A stretch of DNA of 64,000 nucleotides from Octopus bimaculoides (taxonomy: Eukaryota), in assembly GCF_001194135.2 (NCBI RefSeq), contig NC_068996.1:13594164-13658163 (forward strand), in the 5' to 3' direction. The first letter of the stretch is position 1. Every line of letters begins with the position of its first letter. The notes under the pieces are model-generated. The model was not told the origin of the DNA and did no database searches. It was given only the letters and a program-made list of their open reading frames with translations. Positions 13,416-27,144 of the stretch are shown piece by piece. Both the position numbers and the translations under genes were made by a program.

Positions 13416-14169
13416 AAGCAACTCGACCTGGAAAAACGGAACTCGTTGTAAAAACGGAACTCATAACAAAACTAACCCAAAAAGAGAAAGAACGGTGGAT
13501 GAATAATCATAAAAACTATGAAATAGTTGATCTATGGTTTACACACACTACTATACAACCCCTCTCCACACACACACCAAACAAAAAAAAACATACAAGA
13601 ATAAACTCAAACAGTAAATACCAAACAATATGAACAAAATCCCCAGCATGTGCGATAGAAGGCCGATACCCGAAAGAAGAACGCAACTTGCACTATACAA
13701 ATAATACACGATACAAAAAATAACACAACAGAAGACTCAAACCAAACCCCATAACAAAACATACTGATACAATACACAAAAAAATATGCAACACGCACCA
13801 TCCCGCTGGTACAATGGTGCAACAAATGATGCAATGGAAAGTTGCTTGAATCCCCAAATCCAAAAGTTCAACGATGTAAACGTCACTATGCATATATTAT
13901 TATTTTTCTATCAGTAATTAAAAACAGAGCGAGGTGAATTGGGTCTTTCCAAGGTTAAAGTCAGCGCTCTCATTGATCGCTAGTGGTGGTAAACACATTT
14001 GACGTCTGCTGACCGCAAGGCTGAGACGCTTCTTTTGTCTCCTGAGCGCACAGGAATGCGAAACGCCGTTGTTGATATCCTTCTGATCTCCTTCTGCCTA
14101 ACCTATTAACAGACCAGTGGGATTTGGTCTATTCACTGAGCTGCTTCTCTTTCTCCTACTATCTATCCA

Positions 14170-14670
14170 ACCCTCACATATTTATGATTATCACAAGTAC
14201 AAGACAAAAATCAAAACTAAACAGCAATAAAGAATATCACACAGTAGTTGGAGCAAAAATGGCATCTCAAGACGTTACAATACCAGTGATTGTAGGAGCA
14301 ATTGAAGCGAGCAGTAAACTGAAAATTATTTGAGAATGATCCATGGATTATCATTCATGCAGGAAGCGCAAAAGATTGTATTAACTGTTACGTCAAACAT
14401 ATTGAGAAGAGCATTTTCGCTGTGAATTTTCTTTCCTTCTTTTGCCATTTATTTTCTTTGTTTATTTTTATATTTTATATTTTCTATATTTTTATATTTT
14501 TTATATTTTTTCTTTTTCTCTCTGTCTTTCTTCCTTTTTTTCTGTCACATGACTGATATGGTTATTTTAATGGTCTGCAAATGTATACAGAGCGTATCTC
14601 TGCCCTAGGAGTCATGAAGGCACTCGGCAAGAATAGGAAACAGAATTGAAAGAAGATGATAATGAAAGTG
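14170..14670 (+). mobile_element. 3' end of an R4/Dong-clade element
   Basis: Reads TIPVIVGAI..QEAQKIVLTVTSNILRRAFSL*. Its 3' UTR motif TCTCTGCCCTA is shared with the copy at 46658-47022. Confidence 0.75.
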
Positions 14671-15499
14671 ATAATAAACTTGTCCCAGTAGCTAACGGCA
14701 AACTCGGATTAGATTATTCGCAATAACAGTGTATGTGTTTTGTTTTTTTTTACGGATTCCTACATCGGAGGCGACAAATATCGTCTAAGGATGTGGTTGG
14801 CTGTAAGTGCACACTATTGAGGAGATCCAACGAATTCGAATATTGTAGTCGTCGACAAGATGAACTATGTATCATAATCTACATAATAAACATATTGTAC
14901 TATGAGTTGTAATGTATATGAGATAAAAGAAAACACAAAACAACTTCGTGTATGATACCAACTTGAAGTATAGAATCTTCAAATCTTGGAACATAAGAAT
15001 TAAAAAGGTTATAACACTGCTCATTATTACTGTAGCGTTGAGAACTATGATAGAAATAGGAGAACCTTAAAAAAACTTGGCCCTAACATACCTCTCCTGT
15101 ATTTGCCGCAGGGGCATCAGATGAAGAGGACAATTTATAGTTTATGTGGGGATGTACATAAAAGTGGAAGGGAATGAAAGGGTGGGGGCGCGGAAATGAG
15201 AAAAAGGTATACATGGTATATGAAAAATGTGAAAATATATATGCTGAAGTTCTCATGATATATAACAACCTTCAACTAAGGTCACTTGACGAACCTCACA
15301 AATTCCTAACCACCAAAAAGCACGAGCCGTCACGCAACTATTGTTCTCCAATCTACAGGTTCACACTTAGAGTAGATCCATTCACCCGAACCATTATGCC
15401 AGTCACCGACCTTTTTACAAATTCATTGGGAGAGAACATCCCACCTCTCCATTCTCATTTTCCATTTCCAAGTGGAACTTAAAAATAATCGATAAGGTC

Positions 15500-15730
15500 T
15501 TGACCGAAAAGGAGCACGTTTGTCTTGAATAGTTTTAGCCTCGTACGTCACAAAATCTCCTTCGCTATAGCCATAAGACAGGAATATTATCTTCACCACC
15601 TCTTAAACTGTGGTTGGTCTTCATGATGGACTCGGCTCATTGTCGGATTCATCCCAGGTGAGACTACAGTTGTTCGACAAAACTCCAGAAGTCAGCAATG
15701 CCGATTCACTTCACGGTTCTCCGCTTTAGG
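15500..15730 (-). mobile_element. Highly decayed DD37D (maT-type) transposase fragment
   Basis: Only the short motifs IMKTNH and SEGDFV remain, resembling the KTKHP..GVVxSxG region of 29594-30818. Confidence 0.35.
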
Positions 15731-16013
15731 TACCCAACCTTTCAGACTAGAGCATTAAAAGCAGAATAAAAAATTATATTTATTTTAGAGGAAATGCAAT
15801 ATATTATTAACCATTAATATTCTTTGTTGATTAATATATTTCAGTAAACGATATTGGTAGCATTAAATAAATGAGAAATTATAACAAAATTTGTATCATC
15901 ACAGTAATAAGCAGAAGTAGTGTATGCAATATGTGTGCGTGTATGTGTATGTGCAAGCATGTATATGTGTATATGCGTCTATGTATGTATATATGTGTAT
16001 GTGTGTGTGTGCC

Positions 16014-16052
<39 letters not shown>

Positions 16053-16984
16053 TGTTGTGCGCGTGGTGCGTGTGTACGTACTGAACAACTGCAGCGTATC
16101 CTTCGGTGTTGGTTCATTAAACAGGAAAACAATTTCCTCTTAGAATTGAATTTTCTTGTAAAGCTGTGTTTCCAAAATCTAAACTAAACTTATCATTCGT
16201 TTCTCTATTAAACTGAAACATTAATCCTTGTAATATTTGGTAACATAACTAGTTCAGTGGTCACCGTAGTTTATTAGTATATTTGCTGTAATTAATACCG
16301 GCAATTGACATTATTCTAAATACCTCACTAATACACTGCTGTCTAAGCTACCACACAACATACACTATATAAACACTGTGCTACAGAATACATTTATAGA
16401 TTTTTGTCACCACTCTTTGTATAGACAAATGCAGACAACTGGTCTTTGTATTCGTTGAGAAGAAAAGAGAGATCAACTAGTCTAGTCACAATCCAGTGTT
16501 GAGTTTTCATCAGTGACTGAGTATGATTTTAACTGTTCGCTGATACATAAACCGACCATTTTGGAGGAAAACGTAGTGGGTGAAAACAATAAAAACAGCA
16601 GCAGCAATGATTATTCTTACAATGAATCCCACAAAGCATGATTAATTCATAACAAGCTAGTTTCTAATTACAGAGAACCGGAATAAATGAAGCTGAAGAC
16701 GTATCGACATGAAGAAGAAAAAACGTGTTTAGAGTGGTCAAAGACAGCTTTTATCTCTACAGCCTGTTTAACTCTAAACAGGTAACAATGTGCAAAGCTC
16801 TATGTTTGCTGAATGTGAAGGCTGCTCTGTTTGGACTGAGATTTACTGAGAGATTTACTGAGAGTTACTGAGAGAAACGTTAGCCACAAGAACTTAGAAT
16901 TCCATCACCAACATTCTACAATACACTCCTTATAGATTATAGTTACACTAGCATATTCATGGCAGATAAGAGCATATGTATTAA

Positions 16985-17176
16985 TTAGTTTCAAATTTTG
17001 GCACAAGGTCAGCAATTTCAGAGTAAATAAATCCTAATGGTCCTAATTTTATCGATTCCGAAAGGATGAAAGGCAAAGTCGACCGCGTTGGAATTTGAGC
17101 TCAGAACGTGAAGACTTATGAAATACTCCTAAGCATTTCACCTGGTATGCTAACGATTCTACCTGCTCGCCGCCTA
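16985..17176 (-). mobile_element. tRNA-derived SINE, family B
   Basis: Reverse complement begins AGGCGGCGAGCAGGTAGAATCGTTAGCA and is homologous to 6482-6688. Confidence 0.85.
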
Positions 17177-17807
17177 AAGAATGTGTAATGTTGAGTTAAT
17201 TGCAGCATAGTTTATGGCGTAGGTTAATTGTGTAGTTTATATTGTGGATTAACTACTGTGTAATTATCTTGGCTTTGAACCTACAGTTCATGAGATGCCA
17301 TTATATGTGGCAAACATATTGTCTACACGATTATTCAGCTTTAAATTATATTAAATGGGCGTGTTTCGGTATTGTCAAGATTTGATCATGCGATTAGCGT
17401 TGGACTAATTCCATTGGAAAGATTGGATGCTCTTAACTAGTCAATCGATGTTTGAGTAACAGTTTTTATCTCAACGTAGAATAATTCTCTTCTTGCCGAT
17501 CAATTGTTATTTTAAGAACGATCCCTCACGCTATAGAAAAGAGAGGAAAGGAGAAGAGAGGAGAGAGAAAGAAAGAGAGAGAGATCGCAAGCTAAGCGGA
17601 CGTCTTCTCGTTTTTTCCCCGTTGTCGACGCTACCCAGCACACAGAACCAAGTCATGAACGTACTACAGACTTTCAACTGTGACACAACTTCCACTGTTC
17701 CAGATATAGTTAGTTAAAATTACAAAACCAGTTACTTCACAATATGTAAGACATTTGCCATGTATTTTTATAACGGTTGCAAAAAAGAACAGTCGCATTG
17801 AATTTAC

Positions 17808-17926
17808 CTGATTCTTCTTGCCCTTAGTTTATACACGGTAACCCCAGGTATACAGACTAGACCAGTTAATGCATAAACAAACGCAGCTACATCAAGACGA
17901 TCATCCACAGTTAACTCAACCAACAA
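17808..17926 (-). CDS. Candidate 119-nt coding exon of an unidentified gene
   Basis: Flanked by tttgtatattacataacAG and GTaaat. Only phase 0 is open: LLVELTVDDRLDVAAFVYALTGLVCIPGVTVYKLRARRI, a hydrophobic stretch followed by basic residues. Confidence 0.25.
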
Positions 17927-18089
17927 CTGTTATGTAATATACAAAGTGTCTTGGGTATTTTTAGACCTGGCAGGAACCCATCCATCTCCAAATCTAACCA
18001 CCGTCAATTTCTTTAAGAAATAAAAGCAAGCGGCAGGTAAACAGACAGTTCGACACATAGGCAGACAGGGAGTTAAGAAAAAATAAAAT

Positions 18090-18225
18090 AACCAGTACTT
18101 TATCGGCCACGGAAGGATAAAATCTCGCCTCGGCGCTGTTTGAACTCAGTCAGAGTACGGGAAAACGAGGCGACCATGACTTGGTAATACATCCAACGAT
18201 CTAGCGACTCGGACAATGTACCGTG
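18090..18225 (-). mobile_element. Decayed SINE family B fragment
   Basis: Retains CCAGTACTTTATCGGCCACGGAAGGATAA and TTTGAACTCAG, but is strongly diverged. Confidence 0.5.
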
Positions 18226-18483
18226 AGACGGCGTTATAAATTCGTGAATTGGCTCTATTGCAATATATTTTGTAATTTATATATGTCATAGTTTATGTTG
18301 TGGACTCTTTGTTCTGTAATTCATCAAAACATTTTTACAGTTAATTATAGAGTAATATATTATTGTATTAATTAGAATTTATTTCATGTATTGCATGCTA
18401 ATCATAGTAATTAATAATTTGGTTAAATATAGTTTATATTGTGGGTCAATATAGTTTATATTGTCTTCCGTGTTGTGAGGAAT

Positions 18484-18690
18484 GTAACCCTTTCGTTACA
18501 ATATTTTTGTTAAAATACACTTTCGTTATTTTAATTAATTTTGAATATAACGAAGAATTTAGGAAAATAACTTTGACATAAATTAACATGAAATCTTGAT
18601 GGTAAATTTCAATTTAAAACGGCTTTTAAACAGTAAGTTGATATGCAACCAAGAACGGTCTTAGGAATGTTTGGTAACAAAGAGGATTAA
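18484..18690. mobile_element. piggyBac-like MITE (about 207 bp)
   Basis: The left end (g)TAACCCTTTCGTTAC and right end GTAACAAAGAGGATTAA form an imperfect inverted repeat with CCCT-type termini and TTAA on the right. Confidence 0.5.
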
Positions 18691-18739
18691 AGTGTTGTCA
18701 AAAAGCTATTTTAGCCAGCTAAACCTAAGTAAGGTAAAG

Positions 18740-19067
18740 ATTCCTTTCAGTCATGAACGACCATGAGATTGCACCTAGAAAGTTCCCCTCCAAGGTACAA
18801 ATCTGAGAAAGGTTGTTTATGGGAGACCAACAATCGTTCATGCATACCAGCCTCCTCTCTCCACACCACTGATGTTATCCAAGGGAAAGGCAAAGGCCGA
18901 TACAACTTGGCACCAGTCGCAATACATATCTACAGCTGAGTCACCTGGATCAACGTGAAATAAAGTGTCTTGCTCAAGGACACAACACACAGTCCAGTCT
19001 GGGAATCGAACTCACTACCTCATGATGGTGAGCCTGCCGCTCTAACTACTGAGCTATGCACCTTCAC
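18740..19067 (-). mobile_element. Full-length tRNA-derived SINE, family C
   Basis: Reverse complement has A-box-like TAGCTCAGTAGTTAG, B-box GAGTTCGATTCCC and GTGTCCTTGAGCAAGACACTT. Its 3' part is shared with 3178-3342. Confidence 0.85.
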
Positions 19068-19439
19068 CCCCTAAAAACTTACACTAACATTTTTTATTGA
19101 TTTTTCCTTCAAGAAATGTCAAACTTTTGCTGCAATCACTGCGACTTGGTCACATTCAGATCACAATAGACAACGATAATTTTGACATCTCTCTGAAAAA
19201 GTGCATTTAGTAATTTTTACGTGTTTTAAATGACTAAAAATGATACCTCCATGACATAATTTTCCATTTTCAGAACAGTTAAAAATAGTATTTTGCCAAA
19301 CAGCTAATTTTTTTTGTATAATTACATATATATAAATTATAGTTTAGTTCCGTTTTTCTTTCAGAAAATAAAAGTGACAATGAGAACAAATGATAACCTT
19401 TTAAGTTCGATTGTAATTTCAATCGCGATTTATGTGTGT

Positions 19440-19770
19440 TAATGAAGAAAGTTATCTGCGAGAAGATCATGGAGCTGTCATATAAAATGCCATAGAAAGA
19501 TGCTTGATGTCTCGTATATCAAATGTTGAACTAATGAGAGTATTAGGAAAGAAATTGATGAAAAGATTGCAGGACCTCATCTGTCAATTGTTTACGTTTG
19601 GGTAGCTTTAGCTCTCTGTTGTGCGCATTCATACCGGAAGCTTGGTCTGAAGATATCTTTCAACTTATATTATTCTTGTCTCGGAGGGTTTGAAAATATC
19701 ATGGGGACTGCTTTTCATTCACTAAGTCAGGTAAAAGATGGAAATGTAGTTGTTTGGCGACGCTAAGACA
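19440..19770 (+). mobile_element. Decayed 3' end of an RTE-type LINE
   Basis: Joined across frameshifts it reads CHRKMLDVSY..TNESIRKEIDEKIAGPH..ENI, matching the post-RT region of RTE-type elements. Confidence 0.55.
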
Positions 19771-21299
19771 ACCTACATTTAGCGGGAAAAAGTGAGTAGT
19801 TGAATAATATAGGATAATAGAGTGGGAAGAAGATGGTGGAAAATACGTGATTGCCTGTTGACCTGAAGCGATGGAAGGGGAGAGAGTTGGAGGAGAGAAG
19901 GTATGTCTTTTGTTGCATATCTAATCTTGAGCTACCAGTGTTTGATTGATGAAGTTTATGCTGTGAGTTAATTGTAGTTTCATTTATATTGCCAGTTAAT
20001 CTGTAGTGTAATTTACATTGTGAATTAATTGTGGTATAATTTATAATGTTGGCTAACTGTAATGTCACTTGCTTTCTCTGTAGACTGCATAATTTATATT
20101 GTAAGTTAATTGTGGCGTCAACAATATTCTGAAATCTTTTACTGTGAAGTATATTTACTAAGTTAGAATGTACTTAAGTTGTGGGTGTTATTGCATTGCA
20201 GTGTGGTTATGTTGCAGGTTAAAAACAGTGTGGTAATAATGTGTGTTAATAATAGTACCTCATTAATGAGGGGTAATTTTCTACCTACTTTATTTCACTC
20301 CTACAGCTTAGACTTAGCTATAATAAAATTAGCACATACAGCTTATTTAGAGTTTCAAGCTAAATTTTGGTATCACATTCAACATTACGGTTATTTACGA
20401 AAGGTGGCAGATTTAGCATCACATTTTAAAGAAGCTAGATCACCGAGTTAGTATAAAATTCTTTGGTTACTAGGTCACTAGCATACAGCAAGATTCCCAC
20501 TTGATAATGACCGGTTTCAAATCTAGGTGACAGACTAATATGTCTTGAATTAGTTGTTCAGTTTGTTGGCGAAATCTAAATGGAATATCATGAAAGACGT
20601 TTCATAAAATCAATAGTTATCGGCGTTTCAGTTGACAGACATATTGATGGCGATTCTGATAAATAACACTTAAAGTATTTTGATAGCCGAACCAAACCAA
20701 AGTTGTCCTCATGCGGAGAATCTTCTAAGACGATGAAAATGTAAATGATGTACTTCCACATGAATGCCCTCTCCGATAAACGAAGGAGAAATACTCATAG
20801 CCACTTATATGATGTATTTTATTTTTAATATTATTGTACAAACATTAAGTTACATTTCAACGGAGAAATAAATAAATCCATCTTTATTTTACTTGTAGGT
20901 AAGGAAGAATTTCTCGTTGCTTATTGTCATAAATTTCATAATAGCACCAGCTGCCAACATATTGCCAAGAGAATTAACGAAAAAAAAAGAAAAGAACAAC
21001 CAAAAACAACATCAAAATCGAAAACAACAAGAGAAACAAGAGAAGCAATTTTTGCAACAACTATAGGAGTCTGGTTAAAATTCAAACAACATGTTCAAAA
21101 ACAGCTGGGAAAATTTCCTCATAAAAACACTTTTTGATGTTCTTATTTTTACAACAGTCGTAAAATGGTTTTGATTTCATCACTGCAAAGCAAACTTTCA
21201 ACTCTTATTCACATATGCATATTGACACAAGTACACATATAGAAATAAAGACATACAGGTCCATACACGTACAGACACGTCATCCATAATACACACAAA

Positions 21300-21300
21300 A

Positions 21301-21332
<32 letters not shown>

Positions 21333-21511
21333 CACACCCACACCCACACATTATATATATGCATACACATATGTATATATATATNNNNNNNNNNNNNNNN
21401 NNNNNNNNNNNNNNNNNNNNNNNNNNNNNNNNNNNNNNNNNNNNNNNNNNNNNNNNNNNNNNNNNNNNNNNNNNNNNNNNNNNNNNNNNNATATATATGT
21501 ATGTATGTATG

Positions 21512-21556
<45 letters not shown>

Positions 21557-21557
21557 G

Positions 21558-21590
<33 letters not shown>

Positions 21591-21601
21591 GTAGATAGAT
21601 G

Positions 21602-21649
<48 letters not shown>

Positions 21650-21650
21650 T

Positions 21651-21710
<60 letters not shown>

Positions 21711-21745
21711 GTAGATAGGTAGATAGATAGACAGATAGATAGATA
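21300..21745. repeat. (AT)n, gap, (GTAT)n and long (GATA)n microsatellite
   Basis: Seen directly in the sequence. Confidence 0.97.
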
Positions 21746-22019
21746 GACATATCACGAACGAATAGTATCTCAGGTTTTCGAAAACAAAGCGGTGAATGCA
21801 TCAAATTCAGTAGAATGATATTTATCAAAGTGTAGTGGATAGTCTTTAAACAATTTTTGTCGAAATGGAGACATGAAACTTGAGTATCGAACTACATAAT
21901 TTCAGATTTGAATATGTATGTTTATATGCTTGTAGGTGAACTAGACATAATCAGACTTTTTCTATCTGGTCAATTTAGTGCAATTAATGGATGTGCTCAG
22001 GAAAGGCAATATTTCTAAA

Positions 22020-24720
22020 ATTGGATGGAATGTTAATATCTCAAGTTGACATGTGCGCAATTTGTTAAATAACAAGAGTGAATTTAGGCTTGAAATACGT
22101 ACTGCACCAGTTATACATGAACTGAATTGATATAACATAGATGTAGCTGCACTTTCAGAGACGCATTTGGAAGATGATGGTCAGCTTGAGGAGGTAGGAG
22201 GTGACTATACCATTTTCTGGAAGGGAAACCAAAGGAGTAGCTCAGGAAGGCTGACATTGGATTTGCAGTTCGAGTTGAAATCCTCAAGAAGTTGGTGGAG
22301 CATTTCTCCCTATAAATGCCCTTTGGATTTCTCTGTATCTGCACTTGGGAGATGGGTGATTCGCTAATTTGATAAGTGTCTATACTCCTACTCTGACCAG
22401 TTTTGTTTAGGATAAAGCAATTTTTCTATGCGCAGCTGAGAGCTGTACTAAGGAAGATCTTTAAGGCAGTCGAAGTCATTCTACTGGATGATCTCAATGA
22501 CGTTTGGTACAAACTGAAAAACATGGAATTATGTTGGACGTTTCGGTGTAGAGAAGGTGAATATCAATGGTTTCATATTCCTAGAACTTTGTAATGAATG
22601 TGGTCTTTACATTCCAAGCATTCAATTTACGCACGAAAGTGATCAAATAGTAATGCATGGACGCACTCGAGGTCTAAGGTTTAGCACTTGGTGGATTATG
22701 TTATCATTGCAAGTGTGATATCTATGTAGGTTGTAATGTCGAGTCCTTTTGTGGATAAGAGTGTTAGACAGACCACTGCTTGGTGCGAGGAAAGTTTCAG
22801 GTAGTAACTAGTTTACAAGAGAAATGAGGGCGGCTAGGATTTCTCGGACCCTGAATGTCTGTAAGATATATGATCCTACTGGAAGGAAGGAACTTCAGAA
22901 TCATTTATCCAGCTTCGAAGATATTAAAACCTGATGGGAGTTTCGAGGCCATGTCTTTAAACGTGCTGTTGAAACATATGGTCACGCTACAGTCAATCAT
23001 AGGGACTTGTTTGTTGAGAATGCTGCTGAGGTTCAGAAACTCATGTCTGCCAAGCGCAACGCTCACAGTGCATTACTGCACATTGGGCTATCAGTTGTAT
23101 ACAAGCACTTACCCATTATAAACACAAAATCTCTACTGTAGCGGTCTTTCAGAAACATGCAGAACACTTGATATTCAAACTATTGTCGATGCAAATGATT
23201 GCTACAAGGTCGATCGTCTTATAAAGCAAATTTATGGGCCCAAGAGTTCTGCATTAGCTTCTTTGATTTCCAAGGAAGGCTCTACCATACTTACTAAATG
23301 AACAGAAATCACAGATCACTGGACTGAACATTTTTCTGAATTTCTAAACCGTGAGTTGGTTATAGTTAATATTACTCTCCAAAGATCTGTTAGTAGTTCC
23401 TTGGATTTTGTACCTTCAATAGACGAGGCTGTAACAACAATAAGCTGAATCTTGATAAATTACCTGGTAAAGACGGAATTTGCGCTGAGATCCTGTATTT
23501 TGGCAGTGGTCTTATCCTACCGAATCTTCAGGAGATTATTAGTGTAGTCTGGAGGGATGGTGCTCTTTCCAAGAACTGGAAATACACATTTATCCTTCCT
23601 CACTTACAGCAAAGTGAGTCAGAATAAAGTGCGGCAACCATAGAGTTTTTGCTCTATTGTCAGTTGCTGTGAAGGTTCTAACAAGTATCATTCTTGCTCG
23701 TTTGAATAAATACTTTGTAAAGGATGTCTTATCTAAATCTCAATATAACTTCCATTCTGGTAGAGCAACAAGAGATATGATCTTCACAGCAAAATAGATA
23801 GAAGGAGAAATTCTATGATCAGAATATGGATCTTGTTCAGGTTTTTATTGTTTTAACCAAAACCTTCAATATTGTGTATAGGCCCTCTCTGTGGAAAATA
23901 CTCGGAAAATTTGGGATCCGGTCACTTTAGATCGATAATTACATTATTTCATGATGGGAAGGAGGCATGGGTCAATCACGGTGATGGAGTGGCAGGACCC
24001 ATCTCCGTAGAGAATGGTGCCAAGAAAGGTAACATATTTGCCCCAATTCTGATTTCCTTGAATTTATTTGTTACTCTCATCCATGCTCACCTTCAGATTG
24101 CTCTTCTGGAATATAAGTGCGATACCGACATCCTCATCTCTTCAAATTGCGTCGATTTGCTGCCATTTCGAAAGACTTACAATCTCTTATTCATGATCTC
24201 TTTCACGAGGATGATTGAAACTTAATTACTCATGCAATTATTAAAGATATACAAATTGTCATGGATCACATTTCTGCATTCTGCAAGTATTAGTCTGGAC
24301 GAACCTGTTGTAATGCTTCAGCCGGTGTCAGGAATCCCATATGTGAAACTATCTCTCTTAGTTGAAGGAACAGTACTGAAATGTATGGTTGTCTAGCTGG
24401 GAAAAATACTCAACCGTTCTTGCTCCTTATGAAATATCTCTAATGAAATCTCTAATGAAATATCCCTACAACTTCAGAAGGAAACTGATTCCACTAGGAC
24501 TCTGGAGTCTTCTGTCTGGTCCCAACATGACATCACAAAGCGAGCAGAAGCTGCTGCGTACTCTGCGCGTGTGCTAACATCGCCTCGTTACTCATGTGCG
24601 GTTTGGCATAAAGCAAACAATAGAATGAGTACCAGTCTTAAAATATGTATTGCGATTGATTTGATCGACTAAAACCTTCAAGATGTTATCTAAGTATGGC
24701 CGCATCCTAATGACTGCATC
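22020..24720 (+). mobile_element. Degenerate RTE (BovB-like) LINE with APE endonuclease and RT
   Basis: APE motifs: GWNV and DVAALSETHLEDDGQLEEVGGDYTIFWKG. RT motifs: LPGKDGICAEIL, LLSVAVKVLT, GRATRDMIFTA, GAKKGNIFAPIL. It carries many stops and frameshifts. Confidence 0.85.
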
Positions 24721-27144
24721 AAGTTAATCATAAGATAATACGATAGAGTCTGATATATGTAATGCAGAGTTAAAAACATTCATCGGATTTACCTCCCTTG
24801 ATAATTGTTTTTAGATTTTAAACACCGAAGGGGTTAGTTTTGTATACTAACTGCTTGGATAATATTAGTTAATCGAAGGTTATTTCATTCAGTGTATTAT
24901 TTATGTAGACTCCTAACATGAAAGTATTTAGTACGTGAAATGAACCCCGAGGTTTTACAGTTCATACAATTGATATATCAATGTATATTTCCAGACGTAT
25001 AGCAATGTGGTCCATATGAAATTATGAACGTTCACTCAACAAGTTCAGTGCCCTGTCTGATAATAACATTCCATACCAGGGATATGCTACAAGGCTCTAG
25101 AAACACTGTCCTTATCTCTAAATGTACGCCTTTCCCCCAAAACATTCCGCCTCCAATATATTCATTCTGGTAAACAGACGTGGAGAGAATCTCATTAAAA
25201 AAACCAAATAAATGCCAGTATTTAATTCTTTTTTCGAGCTTCCGTCACATTCAGATTTAATTTTGTTCAGTCAAAGCAAGATATGTTCCTTTCAATTTTC
25301 ATAATATATTACAAAGTGAACAGAAAGGCTGAGAAATTTCTTACACAAGCGATACCGTAAAATATTCCATATTTTAATTAGTTTTATTTATTAATTGATT
25401 ATGGTTCTTATACCTAAATCCAGATACCCAGGTTCACTCAACAGGTGGCCTTGTTTTATTTAAGCCGAAATCAAGTCATAATTATACAAGACAACCATTA
25501 ATAAGCTATAAATTGAGTTAACACAGAGATATAAAACAGAAAGTTATTCGGAGTTATGTCACCTTGGGGATCTCGTAAAAGTTGCAATTTCCAGTGGGTG
25601 GTAGCAATAGAGACGGAAATTCTGACGTGTTATGCGACGCGTTTTCTAATATCTTATATACAAGCCTGGTGTTACTCTGTCCTGGTTGGCACTATGGCAG
25701 CCGACATATGCAGTCCATAACAAGACGCTATCTTCCTATTCAATCATTTAATCTTTCATGTCTTCCCACTTCAAAAACTTATTTTTCTAACAAGCAACAG
25801 TGAGTCGGAAACGATTGAGTTTTGTTTTGGTTGTTGTAGAAATTGTAGCATAAGTGACTGTGAGTATTCTTGTATGTAGACTTGCTAGTTTACTTCCATT
25901 CTTCGCCGTAGCTGTAGGTCTTCTCTCAGGATTTGAACATCGATCGACCGACATTGTGTCGCCTATTTTTCTGAACCATTTACGTTGTTCGAAGAGAATT
26001 AAGACGAGGGTTGTGGGTACTCTGCTTCTTAAATATATTTATTGTTCTGTTGTTACCTGTGTCGTTATTCTTTTGAGGAATATTGTATTTCGTAATACAA
26101 GTTGAATTCCTTCTCTTTCATTATTGTAATGTTGTGATTGTCAAACAAGATTTCATATTTTATATATTTTTATTCCCATTTACTGCACCTACAAGTTCTG
26201 TCTACATCGGTTGCATTTAAGACAGTAGCAGCAGCAGCAAAAGTAGCAGCCGAACTCTCCATTAACAACAACAGAACTACCACTACCACCGACACCAACA
26301 ATAACATCAACAACAGCACGAACAATACCAATAGCCGTCATCACCAACAAGATCAACGCGCCACTTACTACCACCAGTGCCATCGGTTACCAACACCAAC
26401 ACCAATATCATGGCTGTCATCTTCAAAGAACAACCATCACCCCATAATCATCATCACCAGCTTCATAACTACCAGAACCGTCACCAACATCCCCACCAAC
26501 AACAACACTACCACCGCTACCAGCAACATTATCATCAATACTTCCACCGCCGCTACAGACCGCATCATTACCCCCACCATATTCAGCACCAACGGCTACC
26601 ACTATCACTGCAATACTAGCACCCCCACTCCCATCGTCATCGTCACTCACCATCACCAGCAACAATAATAATATAACAAATAAGGGTCCTTGTTCATTGT
26701 CCCTCGACCCACGAGACATATCTATAACTACTCCGCGAAACCAAAGCCTGATATTTTAAATACTGAAATATAGAAGGATACATCAAATATTTTAGTTCTT
26801 TATGTGCGTGTGTGCGCGCGCATGTGTGTAGTAAACTCAGGAAAAATTGAGTCTAATGAGATCATGCAATAGTTATATATGATAAATGTTCAAGTTGACT
26901 AATCACCTTAAACTTCAGCTTGAACTGTGAGTAAAACAAAGTGGTGTTGTGCCTAACAATGAATGGCTATAAGTGGTTTATCATTGAGCAAGTACATATA
27001 GAGTAGAAAGGAAGAATGAACAGGCAAACAACTGGTATCAGTTTAGAGAAAGGAATTTATAGACTTAAGCATAATCGGTCAGTTTCTACAATGGAGTTGA
27101 TAGAAAAAATAGAAGAATGATATATATAAATATATGTATATATA

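Noticed and set aside
14035-14078. CTGAGC-GCA..TGC-GAAAC-GCC-GTT, hammerhead-like
   Set aside because: The CUGANGA box is broken and there is no stem I, so it is too degenerate to call.
19530-19735. Open frame of about 67 codons ending at a GTAAAA donor, exon-like
   Set aside because: It is better explained as the 3' coding end of an RTE-type LINE.
25590-25680. CpG-containing stretch with CGGAAAT and TGACGT motifs, promoter-like
   Set aside because: Short motifs alone are not evidence, and no associated gene could be identified.
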